NCBI GenBank assembly: GCA_030765145.1
Contig: JAVCDA010000021.1
Span: 1-60,652, forward strand
Direction: 5' to 3'
DNA from: Candidatus Saelkia tenebricola
Lineage (GTDB): Bacteria; Omnitrophota; Gorgyraeia; Kaelpiales; Kaelpiaceae
Length of the DNA: 60,652 nt
Part shown: positions 9,614 through 20,644 of the stretch, piece by piece
Position numbering within the stretch: the first letter of the stretch is position 1
Layout: the number at the start of each line of letters is the position of its first letter
Notes under the pieces: generated by a model
Seen by the model: the letters and a program-made list of their open reading frames with translations, nothing else
Told to the model about the DNA's origin: nothing
Databases searched by the model: none
Made by a program: the position numbers and the translations under genes

Positions 9614-10652
9614 TGTTGATATTTTATTAAATCAGCTGGGAGCATGGCTTCAGGGAACAGGTGAATATTCGGATATTGTTATTTCAAGCCGGATTAGATT
9701 TGCCAGAAATTTAAAGGGTTTTCCTTTCTATCACTGGGCAAGTGATAAAAAGAGAGAAGAAGTTTATTTTAAAGTCAAGGAAGCCATTGGAAACATTCCG
9801 GATTTCCAAAATGGAATTTGGATGGATATGGTAGAGTTAAATGAATTAGACAGGTATTTTTTACTTGAGAGGCATTTGATAAGCAAAGAGTTAACTGAAA
9901 AAGGTGCCCATAAGGCGTCTCTTATCGGGGACCGTGAAATTGTTTCTGTTATGGTGAACGAAGAGGACCATATCAGACTTCAGGTTTTAGAATCCGGGCT
10001 TTCTTTGCTTCAGGCAATAGATATAGCAAGAAGAATTGATAATGAACTAGCTCAAAAGTTAGATTATGCATTTTCTTATGAATGGGGGTATCTTACTGCT
10101 TGTCCCACTAATACAGGAACAGGCTTAAGGGCATCTGTAATGTTGCATTTGCCATTACTTGTTTTAACGAAACAAATAACAAATGTTATCAATACAATTG
10201 CAAAACTAAGTTTTACAACCCGTGGGTTTTATGGTGAAGGAACCGAGGCCAGCGGGAATTTCTTTCAAATTTCAAATCAAGTGACTTTAGGTAGGTCTGA
10301 GGAAGAAATTGTGGAAAATCTGCTTAAAGTTATATCTCAGGTAATAAATTATGAAAGGTCTGCTCGGGAGAAATTTTATAAACAGGAAAAACTGTCTTTG
10401 GAAGATCAAGTTTTCAGATCATATGGAATGTTGAAAAATTCCCGTGTTGTAACCAGCAAGGAGGCGATTGAACTTCTTTCGAATTTAAGAATGGGTATAG
10501 ATCTAGGTATTATTGATATTGATATAAAGCAGATGAATGAATTATTTCTTTTGATACAACCTGCTCATCTCCAGAAACTGGAGGGGAGGAAGTTGAATTC
10601 TAAGGAAAGGGATATAAAACGAGCAGAACTTATACGCAATAGAATAAAGTAG
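9600..10652 (+). CDS. mcsB: Protein-arginine kinase McsB
   Basis: SSRIRFARN, VNEEDHIRLQ, GYLTACPTNTGTGLRAS, QISNQVTLG. Confidence 0.97.
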   Translation: MKKSNVDILLNQLGAWLQGTGEYSDIVISSRIRFARNLKGFPFYHWASDKKREEVYFKVKEAIGNIPDFQNGIWMDMVELNELDRYFLLERHLISKELTEKGAHKASLIGDREIVSVMVNEEDHIRLQVLESGLSLLQAIDIARRIDNELAQKLDYAFSYEWGYLTACPTNTGTGLRASVMLHLPLLVLTKQITNVINTIAKLSFTTRGFYGEGTEASGNFFQISNQVTLGRSEEEIVENLLKVISQVINYERSAREKFYKQEKLSLEDQVFRSYGMLKNSRVVTSKEAIELLSNLRMGIDLGIIDIDIKQMNELFLLIQPAHLQKLEGRKLNSKERDIKRAELIRNRIK

Positions 10653-10661
10653 GAGGGTGTT

Positions 10662-13109
10662 ATGAATATGTTTAATCGATTTACCGAACGAGCAAGAAAA
10701 GTGATTATTTTAGCAAAAGAGGAGGCTAAACGTTTTAATCATGATTATATTGGGACTGAGCATATACTCTTAGGATTGATAAGAGAAGGCGAAGGCGTGG
10801 CTGCGATTGTTTTAAAGAGTATAGAGTTGGATTTGAATCAGATTAGATTAGAAGTGGAAAAGATTGTTCAGCCTGGAGCTAAAACAGTTGTTTCAGGGGA
10901 TATTCCTTTTACTCCTCAGGCAAAAAAAGCAATAGAACTGGCAATGGATGAAGCAAATTCCTTGGGGCATAATTATATTGGAACAGAACACTTGCTTTTG
11001 GGGTTGATAAGAGAAGGCGAAGGTGTTGCAGCCCAAGTATTATTTAATCTGGGATTGGATGTTAATAAAGTTAGAGATGGTATTATGGATCTTTTAGGTT
11101 CTCCTTCCGGTAATGTCGGGGCGGGGAGTGTTTCGAGCGGTAAGAGTAAAACTCCAGCACTTGATGCTTTTGGAAGAGATTTAACTGCTTTAGCACGAGA
11201 AGGAAAACTTGACCCAGTAGTGGGCAGAAATAATGAACGGGAAAGGGTGATGCAAATATTATGCAGGAGAACTAAAAACAGTCCTGTGCTTTTGGGTGAA
11301 GCCGGTGTGGGTAAAACTGCAATTGTAGAAGGCTTGGCTCAGAAAATAATTATAGCAGATATTCCTGAGATTTTGAGAAACAAGAGAATTATTGCTTTGG
11401 ATTTAGCGCTTATGGTTGCAGGTACCAAATATAGGGGGCAGTTCGAAGAAAGAATAAAAGCAGTTATGAATGAAATAAAAAAATCTGAAAATATAATTTT
11501 GTTTGTAGACGAGCTTCATACTCTCGTTGGGGCTGGAGGTGCTGAGGGTGCAATAGATGCTTCCAATATTTTAAAACCGGCTTTAGCGCGGGGTGAAGTG
11601 CAGTGTATTGGTGCGACAACTTTGGATGAATATAGGAAGCATATTGAAAAGGATGCGGCATTAGAGAGAAGATTTCAGACAATTATGGTAGATCCTCCTA
11701 CGGTTGAAGAAACAATAGAAATTCTTAAAGGATTGAGGGATAGATATGAAGCACATCATAGGGTGAAATTTCCTGATGAAACTATAATTGCAGCTACAAA
11801 ACTTTCTGATAGATATATTACAGGTAGGTTCTTGCCTGATAAAGCAATAGATGTAATAGACGAAGCTGGAGCTAGAGCTCGGCTTTCGGTATTAACTATG
11901 CCGCCGGAGCTAAAAGATTTAGAAGAGCAGGTTGAGAATATAAAAAAGGAAAAAGATGCGGCGATAAAAGATCAGGATTTTGAACGAGCGGCTAAATTAA
12001 GAGACCAGGAGAAAGATACTAAAAATCAATTGGAAAGCGGTAAAAAGGAGTGGGAAAAAACAAAATGTGAAGAGTCTCCCATGATTGTTCCCGAAGATAT
12101 TGCGGTTATTGTTTCAAAATGGACTGGTATTCCGTTAATGAAGTTGGAAGAAACAGAGAGTGATAAACTTCTTAAAATTGAAGAAAAATTATCTAAGAGT
12201 GTTGTTGGCCAAGTAGAGGCAATTCATGCCATAGCACGTGCAATAAGAAGGTCGCGTGCCGGATTGAAAAATCCAAAACGTCCGATAGGAGCGTTTGTCT
12301 TTTTAGGACCAACTGGTGTAGGTAAGACGCTTTTAGCTCAAGTGTTAGCCGGGTTTTTATTTGGAGATGAAGATGCATTGGTACAGCTTGATATGTCAGA
12401 ATATATGGAAAAATTCAATGTTTCCCGTCTTGTAGGTGCACCACCAGGATATGTTGGATATGAAGAAGGCGGCCAATTAACAGAAAAAGTAAGGCGTAGA
12501 CCTTATTCGGTTGTGCTTTTAGATGAAATAGAAAAGGCCCATCCGGATGTTTTTAATATTCTGCTTCAGGTAATGGAAGAAGGTAGGCTTACTGACAGTT
12601 TTGGCAGGCGTGTTGATTTTAGAAATTCTGTTTTGATAATGACTTCTAATGTAGGCGCTTCTCTTTTAAAACAACAGGGTGCTATAGGTTTTGATACGAA
12701 GAGTACTAATAATGTAATGAATTATGATGTTATGAAAGAGAAATTGTTAGATGAGGTGAAAAAAACTTTTAAACCGGAATTCTTAAACCGTGTAGATGAT
12801 ATTATAGTTTTTCGTTCTCTGATGAAAGAGCACCTTGCTGATATTGTAAATATAGAGGTTGAAGAAGTTAATGATCGGGTTGAGGAACAGGGACTAACTT
12901 TGGATTTAACCCCAGAAGCAAAAGAGTTCTTAATTAATAAAGGATTTGATCCTGTTTTTGGAGCACGGCCTTTAAAAAGAACAATTCAAAGATATATTGA
13001 AGATCCATTAGCAGAGGATGTAATTGCTGGTAAATTTAAATCTGGGGATATTATAGTAATTAAAAAAGCAGCTCAAAAAGAAGAGCTGAGTTTTGAGAAG
13101 AAGGCATAA
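10662..13109 (+). CDS. clpC: ATP-dependent Clp protease ATPase ClpC
   Basis: Duplicated Clp-N repeats, two AAA+ modules ([16 protein letters not shown]), UVR middle domain, IGF loop. Confidence 0.98.
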   Translation: MNMFNRFTERARKVIILAKEEAKRFNHDYIGTEHILLGLIREGEGVAAIVLKSIELDLNQIRLEVEKIVQPGAKTVVSGDIPFTPQAKKAIELAMDEANSLGHNYIGTEHLLLGLIREGEGVAAQVLFNLGLDVNKVRDGIMDLLGSPSGNVGAGSVSSGKSKTPALDAFGRDLTALAREGKLDPVVGRNNERERVMQILCRRTKNSPVLLGEAGVGKTAIVEGLAQKIIIADIPEILRNKRIIALDLALMVAGTKYRGQFEERIKAVMNEIKKSENIILFVDELHTLVGAGGAEGAIDASNILKPALARGEVQCIGATTLDEYRKHIEKDAALERRFQTIMVDPPTVEETIEILKGLRDRYEAHHRVKFPDETIIAATKLSDRYITGRFLPDKAIDVIDEAGARARLSVLTMPPELKDLEEQVENIKKEKDAAIKDQDFERAAKLRDQEKDTKNQLESGKKEWEKTKCEESPMIVPEDIAVIVSKWTGIPLMKLEETESDKLLKIEEKLSKSVVGQVEAIHAIARAIRRSRAGLKNPKRPIGAFVFLGPTGVGKTLLAQVLAGFLFGDEDALVQLDMSEYMEKFNVSRLVGAPPGYVGYEEGGQLTEKVRRRPYSVVLLDEIEKAHPDVFNILLQVMEEGRLTDSFGRRVDFRNSVLIMTSNVGASLLKQQGAIGFDTKSTNNVMNYDVMKEKLLDEVKKTFKPEFLNRVDDIIVFRSLMKEHLADIVNIEVEEVNDRVEEQGLTLDLTPEAKEFLINKGFDPVFGARPLKRTIQRYIEDPLAEDVIAGKFKSGDIIVIKKAAQKEELSFEKKA

Positions 13110-13162
13110 TTCTGCAGATTTAAATAGCTATATGAGTAGAGTTAATTTGTTGTAAAAAGCAT

Positions 13163-13199
13163 GCTTCTGATTATAAGTAAATCAGAAGCCAAATTTTTT
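13163..13199 (+). terminator. Putative intrinsic terminator (or operator dyad) after clpC
   Basis: Perfect 10-bp stem gcttctgatt/aatcagaagc with 7-nt loop; T-run follows after a 4-nt gap. Confidence 0.5.
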
Positions 13200-13203
13200 C
13201 TCA

Positions 13204-14877
13204 ATGCGTATATCAAAATTAAGAAAGAGGCGTTGGGAGTTATATTTAATTATTGCAACTATATTGCTTGTTTTTGCAGTGTTGTGTTTTTTTTCTTCTT
13301 TTTATTGTTCTGATTTTTTGGCGAATAAAATTTTAAATAGTTATTTAAAATCAGAAGATGTGCACTTGTCTGCTAAAAGATGCGGGTTTTCTTTTAAAAA
13401 TGGTATTATATTTAGAAGGATTTCTTTGACTAATAAAGAAAGTAGTATTTCTGCTCAAAGTTTTTCTTTAAATAAAGACGGAGAATCAACAGTTGTAATG
13501 ATAGAAGGTGCGGCTATTGATATTGCTTTACTTGGAGGCAAAATGTTTTATGAAGAAGATAAAATATCTAAAGCAGGTTCTGTAAAAATCGGTTTGAAAA
13601 ATGTTGAATTAAAATCTAGAGACAGTAGTTTGTTTAAAATAGAGAAAGGATTTATTCTCTTAGGTAAAAACGAGGTGAATTGGGATATGCGGATGAATTA
13701 CAAATTTATTAGCATAGATTCTAAAGGATTTGTATCCTTATCCAATAAAACTTGTTTGTTTTTCTTTGATGCTGATTCTTTGAGTGTTTCTTTGATGGGA
13801 GAGTATGATTTTAATACACAAGTTATAAATAGCAAGTTGTTTTTTAAAGGTAAGCCCTATGTTCTTAGCACTGATTTGTTGTTTGATCGGGGAAGTATTG
13901 CTTTGAAAGATATTATATTTGAGAAATTTCTAATACCAGGTCCGATAAATGCAACAGTTTTAGGTGGCATAGCATCTAACTGGTCAATTCAAGGAACGGA
14001 GAATGTATCCCGAGGTGATTTTGGATTTGAGGATAAAGAGAATCATCTAAAATTTTATCTTAGGGTGTTAAAAGCACATTTGGGTAATTATGAATTAATT
14101 ACGAATCTTTATCTAGATTATGTAAAAACTGAGAGAGCATTAAGCTTCCATTCTCGGGGTACGGTATTAAATAATCAACCTTTTCCGGAGTTGGATTTTG
14201 CGATAAAATTTTTAGACGAAGGTGTTTTATTGGAAAATTTTAATTATCAAGGTGGGTTAAGTCTTAGTGGTTATTGGGATTATGGAGTAGTTTTAACTGG
14301 GAAATGCAAATTTGAAAATTTCGATATTTATAAACTTATTAAACTCATTACGCCTCTTTATTCTCGTTATTTTAATGTAGCAAGCATAAATGGTGAAGCA
14401 AGTTATTTTTCTTATAATGCTACAAAGTTAGCTAAATTATCGTTAGAGCTTTCTGAGGGAAGAATTTGGGATGTTGTTTTTGATAGTGGTAGAATCGAGT
14501 TAATAGGTAATTCCAAAATATTGGAATTTGTTGATTCTGAACTGGTGATTGACGGGGAGTCTTTGATGTTCGAAGGGTATATGGATATTTCTAAGTTTCC
14601 TGATGCGGATATGTGGAAGGATGTTTTCTTGGTCCCTGGTTCATCTTCTTTGTTGTGGAATAAGGCGGATTTTGAGGATAGTTTTGGAGGAAGGAAGCTG
14701 TCATTAGGAGCAAATTTAAAAGAGAATGTTAAATTGGATTATAATGTAGAATTTTCTGATCAAGAAAATTACAATAAAAACGAGATTTCTTTGAAAATAA
14801 TAGGTAAACAGAATTTGAAATTGCGCTTAAGAGAAGATGAAGAGATAATGGGTATAGAAAAAACAATCGAATTTTAA
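13204..14877 (+). CDS. Hypothetical envelope protein, probably AsmA/TamB-like beta-rich
   Basis: Single N-terminal TM, long alternating hydrophobic beta-strand pattern, C-terminal GIEKTIEF; co-oriented with mlaEFD. The fold assignment is inferred. Confidence 0.5.
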   Translation: MRISKLRKRRWELYLIIATILLVFAVLCFFSSFYCSDFLANKILNSYLKSEDVHLSAKRCGFSFKNGIIFRRISLTNKESSISAQSFSLNKDGESTVVMIEGAAIDIALLGGKMFYEEDKISKAGSVKIGLKNVELKSRDSSLFKIEKGFILLGKNEVNWDMRMNYKFISIDSKGFVSLSNKTCLFFFDADSLSVSLMGEYDFNTQVINSKLFFKGKPYVLSTDLLFDRGSIALKDIIFEKFLIPGPINATVLGGIASNWSIQGTENVSRGDFGFEDKENHLKFYLRVLKAHLGNYELITNLYLDYVKTERALSFHSRGTVLNNQPFPELDFAIKFLDEGVLLENFNYQGGLSLSGYWDYGVVLTGKCKFENFDIYKLIKLITPLYSRYFNVASINGEASYFSYNATKLAKLSLELSEGRIWDVVFDSGRIELIGNSKILEFVDSELVIDGESLMFEGYMDISKFPDADMWKDVFLVPGSSSLLWNKADFEDSFGGRKLSLGANLKENVKLDYNVEFSDQENYNKNEISLKIIGKQNLKLRLREDEEIMGIEKTIEF

Positions 14878-14884
14878 TGCTGTT

Positions 14885-15643
14885 ATGAAAAAAAGTATAG
14901 ATAATTTTTTATATTATATCGGAAGAATTACAATGCTCCTGGGGCATATAATTTATCTTCTGTTTACAAAAAAACCAAGATTTGCTCTTTTATATAGACA
15001 GCTTGTAAAAATTGGGTTGGAAAGTTTTCCGATAGTATTTTTAACTTCTATTTTTATCGGGATAGTAATTGCTTTACAAAGTGCTTATCAGATGCAGAAA
15101 CTTTCAGCAGAGATTTATATTGCTTCCCTAGTTGCGCTTTCTGTTGTAAGAGAGTTAGGACCTGTAATTACAGGTCTTGTAGTTGCTGGACGAGTTGGCG
15201 CTTCAGTTTCGGCGGAATTAGGGACTATGAAAGTAACAGAGCAGATAGATGCAATGGAAGTAATGGCTACAGATTCTGTGCAATACTTGGTAATTCCACG
15301 TTTTTTAGCACTTCTTATAATGCTGCCTCTATTAACTGTTTATGCTGATATTATTGGTATTTTTGGAGGGTTTTTAATTGGTGTTACCAAGCTTGGTATA
15401 GGTGCTACGCAGTATTTAAGACTGACTTTTGAAGCTTTATCCATGAAGGATATTTATAGTGGGTTTACAAAACCGATTATTTTTGCAATTATTATAGCTT
15501 TGATTTCATCCCAGGAAGGATTTATGGCCCGAGGGGGTGCAGAAGGTGTCGGTAAGGCTACGACACGAACAGTTGTAAATACATTTATTTTAATTATTAC
15601 AGCAGATTGTCTTATAACTGCATTGTATTACTTTGTATTATGA
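14885..15643 (+). CDS. mlaE: MlaE family ABC permease
   Basis: RELGPV...AGRVG...AELGTMKVTEQIDAM, GGAEGVGKATT. Confidence 0.96.
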   Translation: MKKSIDNFLYYIGRITMLLGHIIYLLFTKKPRFALLYRQLVKIGLESFPIVFLTSIFIGIVIALQSAYQMQKLSAEIYIASLVALSVVRELGPVITGLVVAGRVGASVSAELGTMKVTEQIDAMEVMATDSVQYLVIPRFLALLIMLPLLTVYADIIGIFGGFLIGVTKLGIGATQYLRLTFEALSMKDIYSGFTKPIIFAIIIALISSQEGFMARGGAEGVGKATTRTVVNTFILIITADCLITALYYFVL

Positions 15644-16386
15644 TGATAAGGGTACTTAATCTCTGGAAAAAATTTGATGATTTAGAAGTTTTGCGTGGAT
15701 GTAATCTTGAAATAAAAGAAAACGAAACTTTTGTCATTATTGGCCGAAGTGGTTCTGGTAAGAGTGTTTTTTTAAAGCTTTTGGTTGATCTCTTGAGGCT
15801 GGATGAAGGCGGGATTTATATTGAAGGTGAGGAGATAACAAAGTTGAATAAAGATGGCCTGCATGATATGAGAATGAAGTTTGGATTGGTTTTTCAGGGG
15901 TCTGCTCTTTTCGATTCTTTAAATATTTATGAAAATGTTAGTTTTGGATTGATCGAGCATACTGATTTAAATGCGGATTTAATTCAAGAAAGAGTAACTC
16001 AATGTCTTGAATTGGTTGGCTTAAGAGGTGTTGAATCTAAAATGCCTGCTGAATTGAGCGGTGGGATGAGAAAACGTGTTGCTATTGCTCGCGCCATTGT
16101 TTTAAATCCCAGGATAATTTTGTATGATGAACCTACTGCGGGATTAGATCCTGTTGGGGCGACATCAATAAACAACTTGATTAAAAGGTTGAAAAATGAA
16201 ATCAATGCAACATCTATTGTTGTGACTCATGATATGAACAGTGCTTACTTTATTGCTGATAGAATTGGAATGTTATATGATGGAAAAATTATTCAGATTG
16301 GGACTCCCCAAGAGATTAAAAGCTCTATTAACCCGATAGTAAAACAGTTTGTTTCCGGGGATTTTGCTGGTCCGATAAAAGTATAG
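15640..16386 (+). CDS. mlaF: MlaF family ABC ATPase
   Basis: GRSGSGKS, FQGSALFDSL, LSGGMRKRV, YDEPTAGLDP; start at the ATGA overlap at 15640. Confidence 0.94.
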   Translation: MMIRVLNLWKKFDDLEVLRGCNLEIKENETFVIIGRSGSGKSVFLKLLVDLLRLDEGGIYIEGEEITKLNKDGLHDMRMKFGLVFQGSALFDSLNIYENVSFGLIEHTDLNADLIQERVTQCLELVGLRGVESKMPAELSGGMRKRVAIARAIVLNPRIILYDEPTAGLDPVGATSINNLIKRLKNEINATSIVVTHDMNSAYFIADRIGMLYDGKIIQIGTPQEIKSSINPIVKQFVSGDFAGPIKV

Positions 16387-16398
16387 GAGGATTGAGAG

Positions 16399-17181
16399 AT
16401 GGAGTATTGGAGAAATAGTGAGTGGAGATTAGGACTTTTCATTGCTTGCGGCCTGGTTCTTTTCGGAGCTTTAGTTTTTACAATAAGTAATTTGACATTT
16501 TTCGATAGAGGCTATGAGGTGAGAGTTCTTTTTAGATTTGCCAGTGGTGTTGAGGAAGGAGCGCCGGTAAGGCTTGCTGGGGTAAAAGTTGGAGAAGTTA
16601 AAAATGTAAAAATAGTTTATGATTTTGAAGATGAATATCCACTTGTTGAAGTACATTTAAATATTCAAGAAAATGTCCGTATCAGGCAAGACGCCAGTAT
16701 TTTAATAAGCACTTTGGGTCTTCTGGGTGAAAAATATGTTGAAATTTTACCGGGGACTAAAGAAAAGCCTTTAATTGAGAGTAGAGATATTGTAATAGGA
16801 TATGATACTGTTCCTCTTGCGAAATTGTCTGATTTAGGATATCAAATTGCTTTAAAATTAGATCAAACGATAGATGTTTTAAGGGAAATATTTGTCGAAG
16901 AAGAACAGAAGAAAGATATCAAAATTACTTTGAATAATATTAAAGATTTAAGCGCCAATTTAAATAATTTGGTTCTTGAAACAGATGTGGTTATGAAAAG
17001 AATCAATAGAGGCGAGGGTACGCTTGGACAGTTGATTAGTGAGGAAGAATTATATGATGATTTTCTGGCGTTTGTAAAAGATATTAAGAGAAATCCCTGG
17101 AAACTACTACGCAAAACCAAAAGTTCTAATCAAGATGATGTAGATGAAAATGGGAACAAAGGATATCTTTATTCTCAATAG
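16399..17181 (+). CDS. mlaD: MlaD/MCE family protein
   Basis: TM plus GAPVRLAGVKVGEV, GLLGEKYVEI, helical tail with GEGTLGQL and IKRNPW. Confidence 0.93.
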   Translation: MEYWRNSEWRLGLFIACGLVLFGALVFTISNLTFFDRGYEVRVLFRFASGVEEGAPVRLAGVKVGEVKNVKIVYDFEDEYPLVEVHLNIQENVRIRQDASILISTLGLLGEKYVEILPGTKEKPLIESRDIVIGYDTVPLAKLSDLGYQIALKLDQTIDVLREIFVEEEQKKDIKITLNNIKDLSANLNNLVLETDVVMKRINRGEGTLGQLISEEELYDDFLAFVKDIKRNPWKLLRKTKSSNQDDVDENGNKGYLYSQ

Positions 17182-17184
17182 AAT

Positions 17185-18528
17185 ATGAAAAGACAATCGA
17201 TATTTGTATGTCAGAATTGTGGTTATCAGTCAATGGGGTTTTTAGGCCGTTGCCCTGAATGTGATACGTGGGATTCTATGTTGGAAGAAGTTAAAGAGGA
17301 TCAATCTCGGGGTTGTGGAGTTTCTAGTCCTGCTCAACCTATAGGTGCAATTGAAATTAAAGATCAAGAGCGGGTTACAACAGAGTGTGGTGAATTTGAT
17401 TTGGTGTTAGGAGGAGGTGTTGTTGCGGGTTCTGTTGTTCTTTTAGGAGGAAAACCCGGAATCGGAAAATCTACAGTGATGCTTCAGGTGGCTTTTGATC
17501 TTGCAAAAAAGGGGCATGTTATACTGTATGTTTCCGGAGAGGAGTCTTTAGCTCAGATAAAAATGCGGGCTAATAGGCTAGGTGTAAATGATGAGCCTAA
17601 TTTATACCTTCTTTCGGAAACTAATTTTGAAGTTATAAAGTCGGCAATAGAATCTATAAGGCCCAAGTATTTGATTATAGATTCTATCCAGGTGGTTTAT
17701 GATCCCGTGCTTTCTTCTTCTCCCGGGACCATAAGTCAGGTGAAAGAATGTGCTCGTAAATTATCCAGGATTGCTAAAGAAAATACTATCTCAACGTTTT
17801 TAATCGGACATGTGACTAAAGAAGGTTCCCTGGCAGGGCCTATGGTTTTAGAGCATATCGTGGATACTGTATTGTATTTTGAAGGGGAAAGCTTCCTGTC
17901 TCATAGGATATTGAGGGCTGTAAAAAACAGGTTTGGTTCGACTAATGAAATAGGATTATTTGAAATGTCTGAAGGCGGTCTCAAGGAAGTTAAAAATCCA
18001 TCTTCTCTATTCCTTCTTGATGAAGGGGAGCAAGTAGCCGGGAATGTTATAGTTTCGACATTGGAGGGGACAAGACCGCTTTTAGTCCAAATTCAGGCGT
18101 TAGTTGCAAAATCTTATTTAGGTATACCTTTGAGGCGTACGATTGGTCTTGACCATAACAGGGTGTCTCTTTTAACCGCTGTCTTAGAAAGGAGGGGAAA
18201 ATTCGGACTTTATAATCAGGATATTTATGTAAATGTAGTTGGAGGTTTAAAGATTAATGAACCTGCGGTAGATTTAGGTGTTGTGCTTACACTGGCGTCT
18301 TCTTTAAAAAATTCATCTCTAGATCATGATTTGGTTGTTTTTGGAGAAGTCGGATTAGCAGGAGAAGTTCGCAAGGTAAATTTTGCTGAAAAAAGAATTA
18401 GAGAAGCCATTAAGCTAGGGTTTAAAACCTGTATGGTGCCTTGTGGAAATTTATTGGAAAAAAGTAAGTTAAGTATTAAAATAATCGAGGTTTCTAATAT
18501 AAGAGAAGCTTTACAAATATTGGAGTGA
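17185..18528 (+). CDS. radA: DNA repair protein RadA/Sms
   Basis: N-terminal C4 zinc finger, GKPGIGKST, KNRFG motif, Lon-like C-terminal domain. Confidence 0.98.
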   Translation: MKRQSIFVCQNCGYQSMGFLGRCPECDTWDSMLEEVKEDQSRGCGVSSPAQPIGAIEIKDQERVTTECGEFDLVLGGGVVAGSVVLLGGKPGIGKSTVMLQVAFDLAKKGHVILYVSGEESLAQIKMRANRLGVNDEPNLYLLSETNFEVIKSAIESIRPKYLIIDSIQVVYDPVLSSSPGTISQVKECARKLSRIAKENTISTFLIGHVTKEGSLAGPMVLEHIVDTVLYFEGESFLSHRILRAVKNRFGSTNEIGLFEMSEGGLKEVKNPSSLFLLDEGEQVAGNVIVSTLEGTRPLLVQIQALVAKSYLGIPLRRTIGLDHNRVSLLTAVLERRGKFGLYNQDIYVNVVGGLKINEPAVDLGVVLTLASSLKNSSLDHDLVVFGEVGLAGEVRKVNFAEKRIREAIKLGFKTCMVPCGNLLEKSKLSIKIIEVSNIREALQILE

Positions 18529-18531
18529 AAT

Positions 18532-19488
18532 ATGAAAATAATACGTGTTTTATTTTTAGTAAGTGTTTTTCTGGCCAGTTATTTAATGTTTAATCAACGT
18601 TGGGCTGATAGCCCGCATATGGTGCTTGTGATATTTGCTGCATTAGGAGGTGGATTTTTACTTTTGGAATATTTAACATCAAAATTTAATATTGCGTATC
18701 TGATTTCCCTTATAACAGCGCTTTTGTTTGCAATTTTGTTGTCTTTACTGGTTGTTTATATAGTGTCATTTTTAAAATTAAACATATCTCCCCGTGTTGT
18801 TTTGTTGTTTTCTTTTCTGGGATTTTTTTATCTATTTTTTGCAGCAGCATTTAGATTGACGGAAGCAAAGTATATTGCTTCTCCAAAAGGAAAAAATGAA
18901 CTGATTGTTGTTGATACATCATCCATTATAGATGGAAGGATAGCAGACCTTTGTGCCACTCGTTTTGTATCAGCTCGTTTGGTAATTCCCAAATTTGTTC
19001 TTAAAGAGTTGCAGCAGATAGCCGATTCTCATGACCCGTTAAAGAGAACCCGTGGCAGGCGTGGTCTGGATATCTTAAACAAAATGAGAAAGACGAAGAT
19101 TGAGATTGTGATAGATGAGCATGATTTCCCGGAAATAAAAGAGGTTGATACCAAGATTGTTCAGTTAGCCAAGTTTTATAACGCTGCTATTCTAACTACT
19201 GATTATAATCTTAATAAAGTTGCGGAATTACAGGGTGTGGTGGTTTTGAATGTAAACGATCTTGCCAACGCTTTAAAGCCAGTGGTGTTGCCTGGTGAAA
19301 ACATGAAAATAAAAGTTGTTAAGGAAGGTAAGGAGCAGAAGCAGGGTATTGGATATTTGGATGATGGGACTATGGTTGTTGTAGAAGAAGCGAAGCATTT
19401 GATGGGCAATGTTTTGAATGTTGTGGTTACCAGCGTTCTTCAAACTTCAGCGGGCAGAATTATATTTACCAAAAAGGCAAAGCGTTAA
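18532..19488 (+). CDS. yacL: Membrane PIN/TRAM domain protein (YacL-like)
   Basis: TM helices, [41 protein letters not shown]; conserved position between radA and ispD. Confidence 0.9.
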   Translation: MKIIRVLFLVSVFLASYLMFNQRWADSPHMVLVIFAALGGGFLLLEYLTSKFNIAYLISLITALLFAILLSLLVVYIVSFLKLNISPRVVLLFSFLGFFYLFFAAAFRLTEAKYIASPKGKNELIVVDTSSIIDGRIADLCATRFVSARLVIPKFVLKELQQIADSHDPLKRTRGRRGLDILNKMRKTKIEIVIDEHDFPEIKEVDTKIVQLAKFYNAAILTTDYNLNKVAELQGVVVLNVNDLANALKPVVLPGENMKIKVVKEGKEQKQGIGYLDDGTMVVVEEAKHLMGNVLNVVVTSVLQTSAGRIIFTKKAKR

Positions 19489-19489
19489 A

Positions 19490-20176
19490 ATGGGGGTAAC
19501 TTTTGTTCTTTTGGCAGCAGGAAGTGGTGAGAGGTTAGGTGCAAAAAAGCCTAAAGCACTTCTTGGTGTTGGAGGGGTGCCTATGTTTGTTTATTCTTTG
19601 CTTCAGTGTAACAAGGTTAAGTTCCTCAGTCAGATATTACTTGTAGTTCCTGTAGGGTATGAAGAAGAATTCAGGAAGGTTCTTATCAAATACCGCATTA
19701 AAAATGTAGATAAAATCGTTGCAGGAGGATTGAGGCGAGTGGATTCTGTTTATAATGCAATTTCTGCCATCGAGAAAAGTGAAGTTGTTTTTATCCATGA
19801 TGCTGCGCGTCCTTTTGTGAGTAGTAAACTCTTAAAATCTCTTTTTAACGATGTTAAAAAATATTCAGCTGTTACTCCGGGTGTTCCCGTGCGGTCAACA
19901 TTGAAATCTTGTAGACGTGGCTTTGTGGAGAAAACGTTAAAACGGGATGGTGTTTATGAGATTCAAACTCCTCAAGTGTTTAAAATAAAGCTTATAAAAT
20001 CTGCATTACTGAATTTCAAAAGCAAGAAGGTGGATTTTGATATTTTAGACGATTCTAATCTGGTAGAATTAATGGGTAAAAAGGTAAAAATATCTCTTGG
20101 CGATAGTTTGAATTTCAAGATTACTTATCCTGATGATTTAAAACTTGCTAGATTAATTGTGAAATCATGGAAATGA
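19490..20176 (+). CDS. ispD: 2-C-methyl-D-erythritol 4-phosphate cytidylyltransferase
   Basis: LAAGSGERLG...PK, IHDAARP, QTPQVF, NFKITYPDDL; ATG 19490. Confidence 0.95.
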   Translation: MGVTFVLLAAGSGERLGAKKPKALLGVGGVPMFVYSLLQCNKVKFLSQILLVVPVGYEEEFRKVLIKYRIKNVDKIVAGGLRRVDSVYNAISAIEKSEVVFIHDAARPFVSSKLLKSLFNDVKKYSAVTPGVPVRSTLKSCRRGFVEKTLKRDGVYEIQTPQVFKIKLIKSALLNFKSKKVDFDILDDSNLVELMGKKVKISLGDSLNFKITYPDDLKLARLIVKSWK

Positions 20177-20643
20177 GAATTGGTTTTGGATTCGATTCAC
20201 ATAAGATTAAAAAAGGGGGTAAACTTATCCTAGGAGGCGTTAATATAAAGTGTGATTTTGGCTTGTCTGGTTTTTCAGACGCGGATGTTGTAATCCATGC
20301 TTTAAGCGATGCTATTTTAGGTGCAATGTCCAAAAAGGATATCGGGGAATATTTCCCTGATACAGACGAGGTTAATAGGGATCGCGATAGTTCTGATTTT
20401 ATAAAATATGTTAAACAGATAATGGATGCTGAGAGTTATCAGATTAACAATATTGATATTACGATAATTTTGGAAAAACCCAAGCTCATTCCTTACAAAC
20501 AGGAAATAAAGAATAATTTAGCCCGGATTTTAGAAACAGAAGAAAAAAATGTTTCAGTTAAAGCGAAAAGTACAGAAGGAGCTTTTCCTGTAGATACTGC
20601 GGTATGTTTTTCTTTAGTTACTTTGGTCAAAAGTAAATTTTAA
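20167..20643 (+). CDS. ispF: MECDP synthase
   Basis: RIGFGFDSH, SDADVVIHALSDAILGA, DIGEYFPDTD, VSVKAKSTE. Confidence 0.95.
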   Translation: MEMRIGFGFDSHKIKKGGKLILGGVNIKCDFGLSGFSDADVVIHALSDAILGAMSKKDIGEYFPDTDEVNRDRDSSDFIKYVKQIMDAESYQINNIDITIILEKPKLIPYKQEIKNNLARILETEEKNVSVKAKSTEGAFPVDTAVCFSLVTLVKSKF

Positions 20644-20644
20644 A

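Noticed and set aside
10740-11030. Direct repeat ttgataagagaaggcgaagg in clpC
   Set aside because: Explained by the normal duplicated Clp-N domain (GLIREGEG twice)
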